From the NCBI RefSeq assembly GCF_009914755.1, contig NC_060932.1: a DNA stretch of 64,000 nt. One strand, given 5' to 3'. The stretch is from the human T2T-CHM13v2.0 reference genome, Homo sapiens. Position numbers and translations under genes: made by a program. Positions 11,225 through 27,543 of this stretch are shown one piece after another (positions within the stretch are counted from its first letter, which is position 1; the number at the start of each line of letters is the position of its first letter). The notes beneath the pieces are model-generated. The model searched no databases, was not told the origin of the DNA, and saw nothing but the letters and a program-made list of their open reading frames with translations.

Positions 11225-14200
11225 GTAAGTGATAGCGCTATTATTTTTGTTTTTTAAAATTCTAATGACTTGTCTTATGGTTTAACAGAAAGATCATAAG
11301 CAGTGTAATTTTTTCTGGGGTTAACGAGGAGACAAGCAATTTTGTTTTAAAATAATTGTTTCTGGATCATTGTGTGACAAGAAGAATCAAAATAACATAC
11401 ATGTTGCCTTACATAATTACAGTAAACTTTTAGCTGGCCATTTTTCTTATTGCTTATCTAATATCTTTTTGGATCTGGCATATCTTGTTTATTTTTTCCC
11501 AAAACTAATGCAATCGTTTGGCAAGATAATTTTGTTGTCTTATGTATGCCATAAAAAGTGATCCTGTCTGTGTTACATAGTATGCAAGACTAAAAAAGTT
11601 AAAATAGAGAGGGTTTAACCATGCCCTCTAACATATTTTATATTGTTATAATATACTAAACTATGCATGGGAACAAATACATGTATACATATACACCAGA
11701 TTTCTCACTCCATGCCAACCTCCAAGTATACCTACACCTGTAGGATCTTACGTAAGGAGACACTCATATTTTTACTTAGCACCCTCTTTCCAGCCTTTGA
11801 AAGCTCAAGATTGCTTTCTCAAACCTGATCTGCCAGAAAGCAGAAAATGAGAAGCTTTAGTGTGCCTCTTTAGGAGAGCTGGATTTCAAAATCATTCTAA
11901 CTTATTAGTTCTGCAAAATACATTTGTCAGTGAAATCCAGAAAGTGATAGGGACCAGTAGGTTCCCGAAAAACCATAAACTTTAAAATGCTAATTAAATC
12001 TGTTTTCTGTTGATTCTTATTTCTAGTTTTCCCCTGGAGCTTTAAAATTACAATCTTTCACAGTGACCTTGATAAGCATTCTGCTTTAATAAAAAGGGTT
12101 CACTGGGCAAAAGCAGTTACACAAATTTGTAACCCGTGCCTGACATTTCACTAAGAATCCGATCAATTCCAATGAGTACATTCAGTTCAGTGAAGAGTTT
12201 TGACTTGCAAGGATGGAATTTTACAGTCATGTAAATACATGTGATGAGATATTCATAATCAACTCTGTGAAAAGAGTCTACCCCTTTGAAAAATTACAGG
12301 AGATCTTTAGGTTTTACTTTTAATTTCACTGGTTGTGTGTAACGATAGTAAAATGGCTCTAATGCATATCTATACGTACCTTCCTTCTCAATTTTAACAC
12401 AAAAATCATTGGAGGCCGTTACAGTGGCATTCATTGGTGGGGTGATGTCCTCTTGTTTTATGTTGGCTGAGTGTAGCAATTACTCTGAGGAAAAATCATT
12501 CTTAACTGTCACCACTTACCATGAACCTGCTTGCTTAGCAGAAAAGGAGCAGAGGCATCTATGTCACTGAGCTCCTTGGGGGCTCCGTTGCCCTATATAG
12601 GTCAAGAATGATTATCTGAGGAGGAGAAACATGTATTATTGATTTGGATTCCTTCCCAGAAAACCTACAATGTGCTCTTAACACAATCCTTTTTTTCCTC
12701 AGTGGGAGAGGTATGGAAGTGAAATTATCACATGGAAGACTTAATCATATTTTAAGAGAGTTACAGCATGTCTTTAGACAATTATTTTGGCTGTCAATTA
12801 ATTAACACAGAGGGACTCCCCTAGTCAGTAGGGCATAAAATGTAAGCAGAGAATGTGTTTCAAGAAGCACTCCTCTGTGTATATGGCCGCAGTTCCCTCC
12901 TCAGGGGCAGAGGGGGCAGGCTTTCTCTATGTGTAACTGAAATCTCACAAAGTGAAAGTTACCTTTGCCTAATCCCTTAGGAGATTTAGTCACAGAAATA
13001 TGTAACTCTAATTCACCCCAAACTCATGAAAGTGCATGGAAACCCTTGTCAATCCTTATCTGTAGGGAAATGTCCTTACATTGAGATAGAGTTTGGGAAA
13101 GCAACTTAATGCCTACCAATGCTAATCTCTAATTGTAAAGTAGATAGTCAAACAAACAAACAAAAAGGGGGTAGTGGAAACCAATCTTCATTATTGCACA
13201 GAATCACTTGTCTTTAAAGAAAAATCAACATTTTATTAAGGGATATCTGTACCCCACTAAGGGCATCTATTTGCTTTGATAGTTATTTTGTTTTGCTAAA
13301 GAAAAAGGATGCATGAGGTCTTGGGAGTACCAAACACACTATCTTTTCCCCATTAAAAAAAAAAAAAAGTTTTATTGGATAAGACTAAGTGTTGTTGGCT
13401 GTTGCTTACATTTGAGACTCAAAAGAGAAAGGTGAGATGGGATTACATAATCTAGAAAATGTAAAGTATATATAGGACCAGAGGATAATTTAAAATGAGC
13501 CCTGGAATCCATTCAATTGCCTTCTTCCAAAATGTTATAAAAACACTTCTTGATTAATTTTTGCATAGACTATATAAATATTACTTGTATATTCTAATGT
13601 AATTATTCATACCATGAAATCGTATTGGATTTTAATGCTCACAGTTTGCCTTTGGAGTTATTTACTTGGGTTTCAATCAAGTTCAAACATTTATCAAAAA
13701 ATATAAAAGTAAAAAATGACTATTGCTAATATTTAGTAATTGGCTGTTTTTGACCACTTAAAGATTTATAAATTCCAAGCAGCTAGCCTGCTTACTCACC
13801 TAGTTCTGTTAAGCAACACAAAAGCCACTAGGAAAGAAAAAAGCATATTGTAAGCTAGAAATTATTTCCATAGTAATCTCACCTTCCCAGAAATCTGTAC
13901 AGTGTGTTATAGAATAGAATTCAAATGGAGAGAGATCTCTTATTTGGTGTTTTCTTCCTATTTAGCTTAGCAGAGTGAGCACATAGCATGTGTTGGAAGA
14001 GACAACATCCTGTGGTAAGAAACATGTTACACATCATGTTGTAGGGAAACAAGTACTACTTGACAGTCAAAAGATCAGAATTTTTTAACTGCTGGCCATA
14101 AGATCTTCTACAAGTCACTCAATCCACTGCAGCTGAATTTTTCTTCCTTAAATTTGGGGATTCTTTACTTTTCAATGAAGACACAATAATTTACATACAG

Positions 14201-15714
14201 CTGATACCTGAACACTCATGAGATAAGTGAATGATGCCTACTTTGTGGGATACTGGAAAGTCGAAATTCAATGATTTTGAGAGTGTTTTGGAAACAAGTG
14301 TTATATCTGTGAGTTATTATAAATAATTTCCAATAGCATTCATTCATTCGTCAAAAAAAATCCCACTAATTACTAAATAACAGGCACATCCCTTATACTT
14401 AACAACTTTCAGCATAGGGAATATAATACTTCCCTGATAATTCAGCAGTCATTTCCTTTACATCTCTTAATGGTATAAATATAAGTGATATTCAATGAAG
14501 GTGGACTTGGTTTCAAAAATATTTTATTACTCAGAACTGACACCACATTCTATATCAATTGGACAAACTTAGTTGACCTGAGTCTATTTCAACAACTTTC
14601 ATTTTGACCTTCAAAGAATCTATCATGTCGTGTCATAATTTTCTAGTTTATAAAGGAGGATTAATGTTTGTCATTAGTGATATTGATAAGGAAACTCATA
14701 CGATGAAATACACTTCAAAACTCCATATCCTAAAACATACAGAAAGCATTGTGATTTGACTGCTGGCTTGTGAGCATGGAGTGAAATATGGACAACATGC
14801 GGGCTGATCTAAGGGGCTAGCCTGGAAATGCTGTTAAGATGTTGTTTTGATTTAGTCCAAAGCCTAGATTTTATTCATAGGCCTCTTTAGGACATCTCTT
14901 TAGAAAATCGAATAAGCAGTATTTCATTGCTTATTTGCTTTTCTTAGTCGGGTTTTAAACGTCACTATGATTTTTTCAATGTAATTTATCAACATTTGGT
15001 CTGTATAGATTTCTAGACTATCACTAAAAATATACTGACAGTATTCTTAGGAAATATAAGTCAATGTTTGGTGTTACAGTTATTTCCAGCATTGTTTTGT
15101 GGTTAAATTATATAATTGCACCAGCGATAAAAAATTATATCATCACTTACTTAGTAATATAATTCAGATTTTTTTTTTGTCAAATACACACACACACACA
15201 AAAACCCAGAAACAGTCAAAAACATAAAATGAAAAAGAACTGAGAGTAAGAGGTCATTAAAATAATGTCTTGAGGCCAGAGAATTTATCTTTGAATTATC
15301 CTTAAATTTTCACCGTGAAGTTTCTTCAGCACATTCTACACACTGAAAGAGTCAGAAAATCATTTTGGGTCTCCTGAATTTGGTCTTCAATTTGTCAGCA
15401 AAGATAAAGTGATCATGTTATATTTTTTTTCAAAAAGAGTGTCATTAAATCAATTCATTTGAATACTTGCTTATTATCACTTCATCATATGTAATGTACA
15501 TACTTGAAGATATTTTTAAAATTAAAAATTGTGAAGTAATTATATGCTCTATGTTTAACAAATTTACTCACAATTTCGGTCTAAGATTTAGTTTTTTAAA
15601 AGAATAAGTGCTTGCCTGGTAAATTCACTAAATAAGCTAATAGAAAATAGAAATCTTTTAGAAATGGTGCCAAAATTTGAACAATAATGTGTTACTTATA
15701 TAAAACTATGAAAA

Positions 15715-16014
15715 GGCCAAGTACAGTGGCTCATGCCTATAATCCCAACACTTTGGGATACCGAGGCAAGAGGATCACTTGAAGCCAGGAGTTCAAGACC
15801 AGCCTGGGCACCACAGTGAGACCTCGTTTCTTCAATAGAAAAAAAAAACATAAAAAATAAAAAAATAATATCTGGGTGTGGTGAATGTGCCTGTAGTCTC
15901 AGCTACTCAGGAGGCTGAGGTAGGAGGATCACTTGAGCCCAGCAGTTTGAGGCTGCAGTGAGATATAATCACATCACTGCACTCCAGCCTGAATGAGATT
16001 CTATCTCAAAAAAA
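15715..16014 (+). mobile_element. AluJ
   Basis: Dimeric Alu with J-type GGATCACTTGAGCCCAG and GAGGCTGCAGTGAG. Confidence 0.9.
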
Positions 16015-17419
16015 TATATATATTAAAAATATAAATTTTATTTGAATCTTTTCAAGGGGTGAGAAATAAGTATGTGAGATTAAGAAATTTAGATCATAGA
16101 TGAGAAAAGAGTATTTTATGGTTAAAAATGCATCCAGTACACACAAAATCTGAGGTTCAACATGGTTTGTCATCAATTGGTTGTGTGGACTTGGGTAAAT
16201 CACTTTATCTTAATTTAACTGCTCATCTATATCCTTGGTCCTATTGGTAAATCATTATTATGTCCATGAGAAAATAAACAATGTCTATGTTTAGTTGAAC
16301 TCATAAACTTTCCTTCCACATCTGTCATGCCATTCTTCTTGAAAATGTTTCCGTGCTCTCATGGTGGAACATACATGGGATTTAGAATCAGACTTAAGTT
16401 CGAATCCTGTTATAGAAATGGCATTAATGACAAAAACTTGGGCAAGGAATGTGAAGTCTCTAAGTCTGATGTCCACTGCAGTGTGTTGCTGGGAACAGTT
16501 AATGAGCAAATTGTATACAATGGCTAGTACATTGACCGGGATTTGTTGAAGCTGGTGAGTGTTATGACTTAGCCTGTTAGACTAGTCTATGCACATGGCT
16601 CTGATCAACTACCGCTCTCTCATTTCTCCAGATAAATCCCCCATGCTTTATATTCTCTTCCAAACATACTATCCTCATCACCACATAGTTCTTTTGTTAA
16701 TGCTTTGTTCTAGACTTTCCCTTTTCTGTTTTCTTATTCAAACCTATATCTCTTTGCATAGATTGTAAATTCAAATGCCCTCAGGGTGCAGGCAGTTCAT
16801 GTAAGGAGGGAGGCTAGCCAGTGAGATCTGCATCACACTGCAGAAAGTGAGCCCGTCAAGAGTCCTCGACTCAGCTCTGCTCAGTTAGAACAAAACGTGA
16901 GAACTGAAAATAGAGAATTTTGTGTGAAATCTACTTTTTGCTTTACCTAATTTCATTGTTAAAATTTTGCATGTAGCGAAACAGACTACATGCTAGATTC
17001 CACACATAGCTGCCGAACCTTTTCGTTTCCCATTTCAATGACATTTAATAGAAACCCTAAACTGAGATATTCAGTCAGATTTTTTCCAGACCTTTTTGTT
17101 TTTATCTAGAAATGAGACAATGAACCACGACTTGATGAAAAGGTTCATCTTAATATGTTTTTACAATTTTAAAATAAATAAACCTAAAAAATAATGAGTG
17201 GCTGAGATAAAATAGATACTTCATGTTTTTGAATGGGCAAAAGTTTTGTGGGGAAAAATTAACTCATAGAACAAATAGGAATGAAGATAGGTCAATAATA
17301 TTACATAATATGTTTTATTCCAGCATCTTTTCCAGCTACTGTTTTTGCCCCTCATACACATGCAACAGCTACAATAACCCAGATAATAACCTTGATTAAC
17401 AGTGAGACTAAGAAAAGAT

Positions 17420-17471
17420 TATTAGTTATTGACTAATATCTGCAAATATCCCTTCTTCCCAGAATACAAAT
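17420..17471 (+). repeat. 52 bp dispersed duplicate of 18308-18359
   Basis: TATTAGTTATTGACTAATATCTGCAAATAT...CCCAGAA.ACAAAT; 49/52 identical by manual comparison. Confidence 0.95.
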
Positions 17472-17814
17472 TTTCTACTTTTGTGCCTACTCATATGTGT
17501 AAAAACAGATAATTTCTTTAGAAAGTTATTTTTTACATTTCATCAGCAAATTATAACACACTCTATAGAATATTCTGTTGGATTTCACAAATTGGAGGCA
17601 GATGTCTTATTGTATGTTCGGTGATGTAAGTCCACACACCCACACAACCGCACAAACACAGGGATGGATAAGATTATGCTTTGGTTTGATATATGGCAAT
17701 TTTTTTTTGTAATTTCTTCTTTTCTAATCCTTGTTAATAGTGACTGTGCCAAAGGGAAAAACAATTCTGCAGTTATTGATGGAAAAAAAGGAGCTTATTT
17801 TGCCTAATTGGTAT

Positions 17815-18435
17815 TTGTATATTTTAATTTCTTTTTTTGCTAGAAGTGACAAAATCCCAGCTTAAAGTGGCTTAATCCAAATAAGCAACTAAATAAAAAA
17901 TATATTTGCAAAAGAGAATTACTGGCTTATGCAGTAGCAGATTATAGCAGGTATGGCTTGATTAAAGTATTCAAATACTATCCGCATTCTTCAGTGTTGT
18001 CTTCATTCCAAAGTACGGTTTGCCTACGTGATAACATTTGCCTCTTTCTCTGTTCTCACTGTCTTTCTCCCTCACTCCTGTCTATGTTTCTGTTTCTGTC
18101 TGTCTCTTTTCTCCCCCTCTCTTCTTCATCTCTTTCTCTGTCTTACTCACCTCCTTACCAGTTATAGTTCTACAGTGTTTCCTTCCCAAATCCAGTTCAC
18201 TTCCTCAATAGTTCCAGTAGATGTACTGGGATTGACCAAGGGAATATTACATATTGGGCTGGATCTTGAAGTAGGATGGGCTTTACAAAACCACACTGAT
18301 TGAGGGGTATTAGTTATTGACTAATATCTGCAAATATTCCCTCTTCCCAGAACACAAATGACTAGCATAGTGCAGTTTTCAGTGAAAGGGGAGACTACAT
18401 TAAAGGATAGAAAAGAACAACACTTGTCCTCTACA
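17815..18435. mobile_element. MLT1-family LTR remnant
   Basis: AAGTGACAAAATCCCAGCTTAAAGTGGCTTAA near the start, TGTCCTCTACA at the end, CT-rich interior. Confidence 0.5.
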
Positions 18436-21400
18436 ATGCTAGTGAAGAATCTACCCAAGATTTCTAAGTCACTGAATTTATCTACTGCTGAGGGAATACT
18501 CAGCAAAAGTGGGCTCATTGGCTTGTTGTTTCTCTAAAAGCTTTTTTTTCCTAAGGAAAGAATGTCTTAAGATGAAATGTTTGACTTTAAATGTAATTAA
18601 CATATCAAAGTTTTGTGGGTGTCCTTTTACTATATTATTAACAAATGAATAATATGAAAAGGACACACAAGTGGATTAAAAAATCATTGGGGATAAAAAA
18701 ATAGTTATTCCAGAACAGTTATTTTTTCTATATTTGGTGACTTTTTTCAGTAGTTTTAAATGATATTTCCTTATTTAACACATGGTGGAGCCTGTTCCAG
18801 CTTAGCTAGACTATTTCCCTTTTGTTTTCCTGGTCTGGTTTTAATCTTGAAGAAGTAAAACTCCCGAAAGTAGATTAATCTACTTGTGTACATTTTACAC
18901 CATTATTATAGATGAGCCAATCAAGAGTAATACAATAGCGCACACTTAGAGTCAAAGTAAGTCAGATTGTGGTAGTTTGTCCAATTCATTAACTTCATAA
19001 ATTAACTTTATTTTTCTCTTCAAACACATCTTTTTCTCAACTTAAGAATCCTTTTAAGCGATTAGAGAAAACTAAAATATGTCCATTATCTACCTAAGTC
19101 ATTTGCTTTTATTTTCCATATTGTGTTCTTTTCCAAGAAATCTCCTTGAAGTTGGAACTAGAAGTTTCAGTATAAAGTCTTCATAGGGCATAATAAATGC
19201 ATTTGGGAAAATGTAACCCTACACTTTAGTTTCCGTTCGTAATACTATTTTCTCACATTCTATGTGTTATTCATGATTGTTAGAGTCCTGTTTTAGGGAA
19301 TCTCATGTGATTCTCACAGCAGGACTAGGAAGCTGACTTTTTCATTCCTGTTTTGCAAATGGGACAATCAAGCTCCAGGAAAGTTAAATGCTTCTCTATA
19401 GATTAAGTCAAAATTGAGATTTAGGATCAATATTTAATGCTTTTCTATTCATAAGTGGTTTAGGAAGAAAAACTGCCTCTCATCTTATAACACCTATTAT
19501 AGGCTTGACTTGCTTTAGATTGCAGTAAATAAATAAAAAAACAAATAAACAACAACAACAACAACAAACAGAACAGCTGAATTTCATTGACTTTAGTTTT
19601 ACTAACTAAGTAACTGGAGGCGTTTAGATTCTCAAGAATCTTGAAGGGTTCATGTGTTATCTTGATCTTAATCTTATACAAACAGAGAGGTTTTTGGACA
19701 GCATAATCACATGTTGAAAGTCATATTTTACAAGCTTCAGGGAACCATGGTGGACCAGAGTTGATTCTATTGCAGAATTCAGACTTGAGATGATGAGAGC
19801 TGGACCTAATTGGGTGAAGGTTAGAAATTAGCCTATTAAAACTAAATGACTAGATGTTAGTGATGCCGCTATCAAATAAAACAAGAATCAGGAGGAGGCC
19901 AAATGAGATAGTGTTTTTGTGTACTAGGTAAATGCTCACATATGTAAGTGTGAAATACGCTTCTTTGGAAGGAAAGATGTGATATCTGACATGGGACATG
20001 TCAAATGGATAATGAGAGGACATAACAACCAAATGCAGGTGAAGAACCCATTAATTTTAGAAAGAGGGTAAAACCTGACCTATCTAACTCAGAGCTACCG
20101 AAGTGGAGATTACTGCTAAAGCTATGAAAATTTATTAGCTATTTGAGAGAATAAAAGAAAAACAATTGTTTACAGACATAAATATCTTTCAAAAGTAAGA
20201 AAAAAATAAGAGAAAAGAAGGTCATAAAAGAGTCGTAGAAAGTGTAGGGGAAAGGTATAAAGGAAAATGCATGGAGTTCTAACAAACATACCATGGTTAA
20301 CAGTGTTGATACTGCACAGAAGTGAAAGGAATGGATGTTTGAGGTTCCTTTGGGTTTGCTCAAAAGCAGATCACAGGGCATCCTGGAGAGAACGATTTCT
20401 GAAAAACGATTAACATAATGTTTGGACTGTCAGATCCTCAAGATCAAATCAAGGATAGACAGTAGAAAGATCACGTTCATTCTAGGAAGATAGTAGGGAT
20501 CAGAAGGGATTTTGTGACAAGGAAAAAGCACTGCAGAATTATTGCTGACAATGTGTGTTATCTCCCTTATTGCTTCCGGTTTACAGCCTGCTTTAGAATT
20601 AGGTGATGCTGCATTTCTGGGAATATGAGTGCTTTGTTGCATTTGATCAGATCAGGTCTGTCTGTGGTGATTAAGGTCTAGTGATTGGAATTATAAATGA
20701 GAGTATAGTCAACCAAAAAGATACACATACTACCTGGGAAGACATCTGTTTAAAGTTTTCTTTTCTCCACCTCATTATATATTCAATTTTAAGTGATCAT
20801 GTAAAATATGCATAAAATATACACATAAAATAGTCAATAGTTGCTCATTTGTTTTAGCCACTGAAAATTGACTGAGTTCTCCACTTGGAACATGTAAGGT
20901 AGTGTTGACTTTACTTGAAAGGCTGACATCCATTTCAGATAACGGTGTCTCTTTTTATTTTATCATCCTATTATATTCTCTTCTACGTGATTTGCCTTCT
21001 CTGCTTTTCATGTTGTGTAAAATTTTCATATTTTTCTAAAAGAAATTTTGGAGCATGAAGAATGCATACAAGCGGTCTGCAGACCCATCTAAACTTTGTT
21101 AGTAGACTTTATATCTCACTGCGGCTCAATGACCTGGAAGATAAACTGGCCCTGTCTGTTCCATCAGAACAACAGGAATTTCCCGAGTTCAGGCAAACAG
21201 AAGTTTGCTTTTGTCTGATACTCAAATTTCTCTCTCAATCACTCAGATTCTCCAGATAATTGCCTGGCTTTTTTCTTGGTACTAGAGGAGTGAATTATCT
21301 ACTTTCTGGAGGCCAATTAAGTTTTCTAAACCACTAGTGGGCATTTCAGCAAATTACCTTTTCAGTGCACTAAAAAGCTCCTCAGTAACCCAAAAGAATT

Positions 21401-23857
21401 AATGTACCACCAAACAGTGGGCAATTTATTCCCTCACCACTGATGAGGGCAGACAGTTTAGAGCATTAATGGGAGCATTTACGTTGAGTCACAGTGAAGT
21501 ATGGAGTCACTGAGCCTTTGTGAAGCTAACCCATGGAGGGTGAGGAGGTGTTTATCACTGTGGAGAAGGGAGGAGGGACAAAGGAGATGATCCCTACCCT
21601 TAAAAGCTGTAGATAATGCTGTCAGCCATTATCTGGATGGAATTCCTATATCATCATCTGTATATTTGGCAATAATAGGCAAGTTAACAACCCATGGTCA
21701 TGAATAATTATCTGGTTTTAGAGTTGTATAAAAGTATTCTTTGTGAAATAATCAAATCTTTTATTTTTTCATGTACTGACCATTGCTATTTTTATCCTGG
21801 TCCTGTTTGTGAAATGGGATAATTTATTTCTGTCAACTAAAAAAATCAATGACTTGGATGTAAATGAACCTACTACATGTAACTGGTTTTGGTTTTAACT
21901 CTTCTCCTGTTTTTCTCCATAAATGTACTGATAAATGTAATGATTCGTGTCTACTTTATTAATTACTGCTATTTCCTGCTGTGGTAGATATTCCACCTGA
22001 AATATCTGGAAATTCAACTGAAAGAATTGTTTAAGGCCCTTTTTCTTAGGTCTCATGAATCATATTTCAAGCAATATATGCATATTACTACATACCATTC
22101 TACCGAATAACTCAAAGATATCCCACCTTGTTTTTAGGAGATATTGTCAAAAACACTGACAAATACCAAAGATTTCCTAGTCATGCTTACGAATGGATAA
22201 AATTGTTTGGAGAACTAAACAATTCTACTATGTATAATTCAATGTTGGGATTTTGTTAAAAAATAAAATTCCTTCAAATCTTACCCAATCTTTATTTCTG
22301 TGAAACATTTTTGGGAGGGGAAAATATGGATAAAATAGGCCTAATAGTAGAATAATCAATTAAATGAAGCCTAGAAATTATTTACATTATTTTTATAAGC
22401 ATATAAAGTCTTCAATAGCCTATTTTCTTCTGAGGAGAATTAACAAAATTCCAAATGAAATACAGTCTCTTCCTTCAATGTGTACTTCCAGAACATTTGC
22501 ATAAGATCTTCACTGTAATGAAGCCAAATTACTCAGCCTTTTCACGTTTATAAAGGATACATGTTAAGACATTGAGTCCTAGGAGGAAGATGGCACTTAA
22601 ATACATGAAAGTTTTGAGCATCAATCCCAGACTATATTATAACTGCTCCTAATGAACATGGAATTTAAACAACTGGAACAAATCCAATAAGGAGAAAAAA
22701 AAAAGGCTTGGCATCTGATGAGTTACTTAGCATATCTTTTTGTAAAGAATAAAAGCTCTCTGGCTTCCAACAAAGAGTTTGTGAGCTGTATGGCAGTGTT
22801 TTGAACAAGGAGATCATTTATAAATGCTGTCTTTATTTGGGAAATAATTATGGGATGCAGCTGCAAGTTTTAATGACTTTTAATAAAGTATGTTATAAAG
22901 TGAATTAGCAATAAATATCTAACAGATGATACTGAATCAAGACATTAAAGAACATCATTAGACCTATATCTTGGATTGCTAAAGCAATAAATGTGTTTTT
23001 GTTAATACCAGTGGTTTTTTAATTTTCTAGGACATTCTGAAGGAAATTTTAAGGCAGGTTAATTTTTAATGAATAGGGTTAGTCTATCAACTAGCTCTGC
23101 TAGCCCAGTACAATTTTAGATATGTAACTAATAGGGTATCAAAGCTGAAAACTCTTAAATTTCAACAATATATAGAATTATAAAATAAGTTTCACCGGTA
23201 GTATCTGAAAATACAGTATTTCAGCCACTTAAATTATTATGACTTTCATAAAGAAAGGTATATGTACTTTATAGAGGAAAAAAAGTTTGTTAGAAAATCT
23301 GTGTTCAACACTTGCTTTGCTGGCATTACCACAACTAAATTTCAATGTCAGGTGGTCAGAATACCAATGATCAGGGGCAAATACAGATAATAACCCACAC
23401 TTCCTGTTTGTACAAGTATTACTATGCCACCTCAGTATGCAGAATAATGCAGTAAAAATTTGTTTTAAAAACCAAGTTTAGTTACCAACCTCCAGAAGTG
23501 AGCAGAGCCGGGCTAACATAGCATTGTGATATCACTATAAGCTGGCTTTGGAAATGTACTCACAGATGATCAGGTTAGGAAGCTGACCCTCAGAATGTCT
23601 GCAATTTGTTTCAAGTTTCAAATTTAGTTTATGAGGGAGTTTAGACATTAATTATGTTTTATTTCATGATGATACTCCAAAAAGGCTAAAGAAAAGTTGA
23701 ATAATGTTTAATGGGTACCTCTGTATGTAACCATAGTTCAGGGCAAATGAGCAATCTAGGATGCTGAGAAACAAGAGAAGAGGCAAGTTGTAAGTCTTGC
23801 TTGACTTCTCAAATGATATTCAATCATGGTTGAATTCCCTTCGTAGATGCAGCTATT

Positions 23858-24175
23858 GGCCAGGTGTAGTGGCTAATACCTGTAATCCCAACTCTCAGAA
23901 AGTCTGAGGCAGGAGGATCGCTTGAGGCCAGGAGTTCGAGATCAGCCTGGACAACAAAGTGAGACCCCCCCATCACTACAAAAAGTAAAGTAATTATCCG
24001 GATGTGGTGGTGTGTGCTGGCAGTTACAGCTACTCAGGAGGCAGAGGCAGGAGAATTGCTTGAGCCCAGGAGTTCAAGGCTGCAGTGAGCCATAATCATA
24101 CCACTGCATTCCAGTCTAAGCAACAGAACCAGTACCTGTCTCTAAAAAAGTAAATAAATAAAATAAACAAATTAC
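23858..24175 (+). mobile_element. AluJ with TSD AGATGCAGCTAT
   Basis: Full dimer; TSD at 23845-23856 and 24176-24187. Confidence 0.92.
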
Positions 24176-24219
24176 AGATGCAGCTATGCACAGCTATGTT
24201 ATATTTAAATAATTACTTG

Positions 24220-24434
24220 TCTTTTAACTTTTTACTTTAATTATAAACTGAAAGAAGGTTGCAGACATAAATTTCTCATGAAAACTTCTCCAACTTCCTT
24301 CATGATAACATCTTACATAATTGTAATACAATACCCAAACCAGGAATTGATATTATACAGTATTGACAAATACACTATAGCCTTATTTAGATTTCACCAG
24401 TTTTTACCTGAACTAATTTGCCTGTGTGTGTGTA

Positions 24435-24468
<34 letters not shown>

Positions 24469-24897
24469 GCTGTGTGTGTGGAGTTCTGTGTGGTTTATCC
24501 CATACATAGATTTGTATAACCACTCTCACAATCAAGATATACAACTGTTTTAGCACCACAAATAAACTTCCTTGGTTTATCTGGTACAGTGTGATTCACA
24601 CCCAGCTACCCTGGAAACCACTGTTCTGCTCTCTATCTCTACAATTTTGTCATTTTGAGAATGTTACATAAATGGAATCATATGGTATGTAGCATTTGAG
24701 ATCCATTTTTTGCACTCAGAGTAAACTATCCAAGTTGTTGCCTGTGCCAGTAGTTTATTCATTTTAATTGCTAAATAGTATTTTGTGGTATTCCAGCTTT
24801 TCCAATCTGTTTGCTCATTTAGTGATTGAAGGACATTTAGGTTGCTTTCAGTTTGGGGCTACTGTGAATAAAGGTGCTATGAATATTCATGTACAAG
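24220..24897 (-). mobile_element. L1MC/ME-type 3' region containing a (TG)/(TCTG)n repeat
   Basis: ATAAATGGAATCATATGGTATGTAGC, GGACATTTAGGTTGCTTTCAGTTTGGGGCTA. Confidence 0.75.
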
Positions 24898-26829
24898 TAA
24901 TTGTTATTCAGTAATAGAGAACTGGAATATCTCCCTATGAGCACACTTGATCACTTAATAGGACGTAATAACAATATATTTTGAGAAGGTAGGTAGACCA
25001 GGTACTAGAGAATGACTTGAATCGGTCATCCTAAGTTTTAAACTCTGGTTTTCATGGGTGGGTGATGGTTTTTTACTGGTTGCCTTTTCTCTATTAGTTT
25101 CAGATATATAATACTGTAAAACAATAATAAGGTTCTAGAAATTAATGTAAAATTTAAACAAATCAATAAACTTCCCACACAAGTATCGATTTTCTAAGAA
25201 GAGGTTCTAGGTAATGTCATATTTACTTGATTTTATAATTACCCATATGTTCTATTACGAAAAAATAAATAGGTTTGTGAAAGGTAACAAAAAATCTACA
25301 CACAATTTGTACAAGTATAATTTTTTTACAATTTATATTTTTTAGAAGTTCACAAATATATTTATAAAAACTGGAGCATATATTGTGCCATAAAGAAAAC
25401 TATGCTGAACTTCAAATGATTAAATTTCAAACACCATGATGTTATATCAATACAATTTAATTAAACATAAATTAATTAAAAATAACTAGAGTTTTTCAAC
25501 AAATAAATATGAAACAACTGAACATTCACATGCAAAGAAAATGAGTCTAGACATAGACCTTAACAGTCTTGACAAAAATTAACTTAAAGTGAATCATTCA
25601 TCCAAATGTAAAATTCAAAACCACTAAACTCCTTGAAGATATCATAAGAGAAAATATAGATGACCTTTGGTATGGCAATGACTTTTTGGATGTAACATCA
25701 AAGGCATAATCTTTCAAAGAAATAATTGATAAGCTAAATTCATTAAAATTAAAAATATCTCCTCTGTGAAAGGCAATGTCAAGAGAATAAGAAGACAAGC
25801 TATGGAAAAGGAGAAAATACTTGCAAAGGATATATTTAATAAAAGACTGTTATTTAAAATATACAAAGAGCACTTCAAGCCCAACAATAGGAAAATAAAC
25901 CAACCAATTAAAAAATCGGTAAAGGACCTTAACAAACATCTCACCAAAGAAGACATGCAGGTGGCAAATAAGCATATGAAAAGATGCTCAACACCTTATG
26001 TCATTAATAAATTGCAAATTAAAACAACATTGAGATGCCACTGCACAACAAAAAAATTAGAAAATTAGAATGGCCAAAATCTAAAACACTGACAATACAA
26101 AATGTTGACAAGAATGTGGGGAAACAGAAACTTATCCATTGCTGGTAGAAATGCAAAATGGTAGAGCCACGTGGAATACAGTTGGGGACTTTTTTACAAG
26201 ACTAAACATACTCTTAGCATACAATCTAGCAATCACACTTCTTGTTATTTACTCAAATTATTTGAAAACTTACGTCCAGCAAAACTGGCTCAGGAATATT
26301 TATAGCAACTTTATTCATAATACCAAGCTTGGAAGTAATCAAAATATTCTGCAGTAAATGAATGAATACATAAACTCTGGTACTTCCAGGTAAGGGAATA
26401 CTAAAATAAATGAGTTAAAATAAATGAGTTATTAAGCCATGTAAAGACATGGACTATATGTGAAATATATGTTAACATTAACTTACTTAAGAAGTTGAGA
26501 ATATATTTTAAATATTAAGTTACTTAAATATTATGGTACTAAGTGAAAGAAGCTAACCTAGAAAGGCTACATATTATATTATTCCAACTATATGACATTC
26601 TGGAAAAGGCAGAATTATGGAGACAGTAAAAAATATAAAAATCATAATAAATTATTGATTGCCAGAAATTAGGGGGAGGGAGGGATAAGTAGGCAGAGCA
26701 TAGATTTTTATCACAGTAAAACTAAACTGTATGACACTATAATAGTGGACAAAAGTCATTATATGTTTGTCCAGACCCACAGAATGTACAGTACCTAGAG
26801 AGAACCATAATGTAAATGATGGACTTTTG

Positions 26830-27543
<714 letters not shown>

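Noticed and set aside
16476-16842. Unique PstI-bounded segment considered as a miRNA or ncRNA hairpin
   Set aside because: No extended stem or recognisable RNA-gene motif found.
25766-26068. 100 aa ORF resembling a real protein
   Set aside because: Fossil L1 ORF2p C-terminal fragment within a decayed L1MC.
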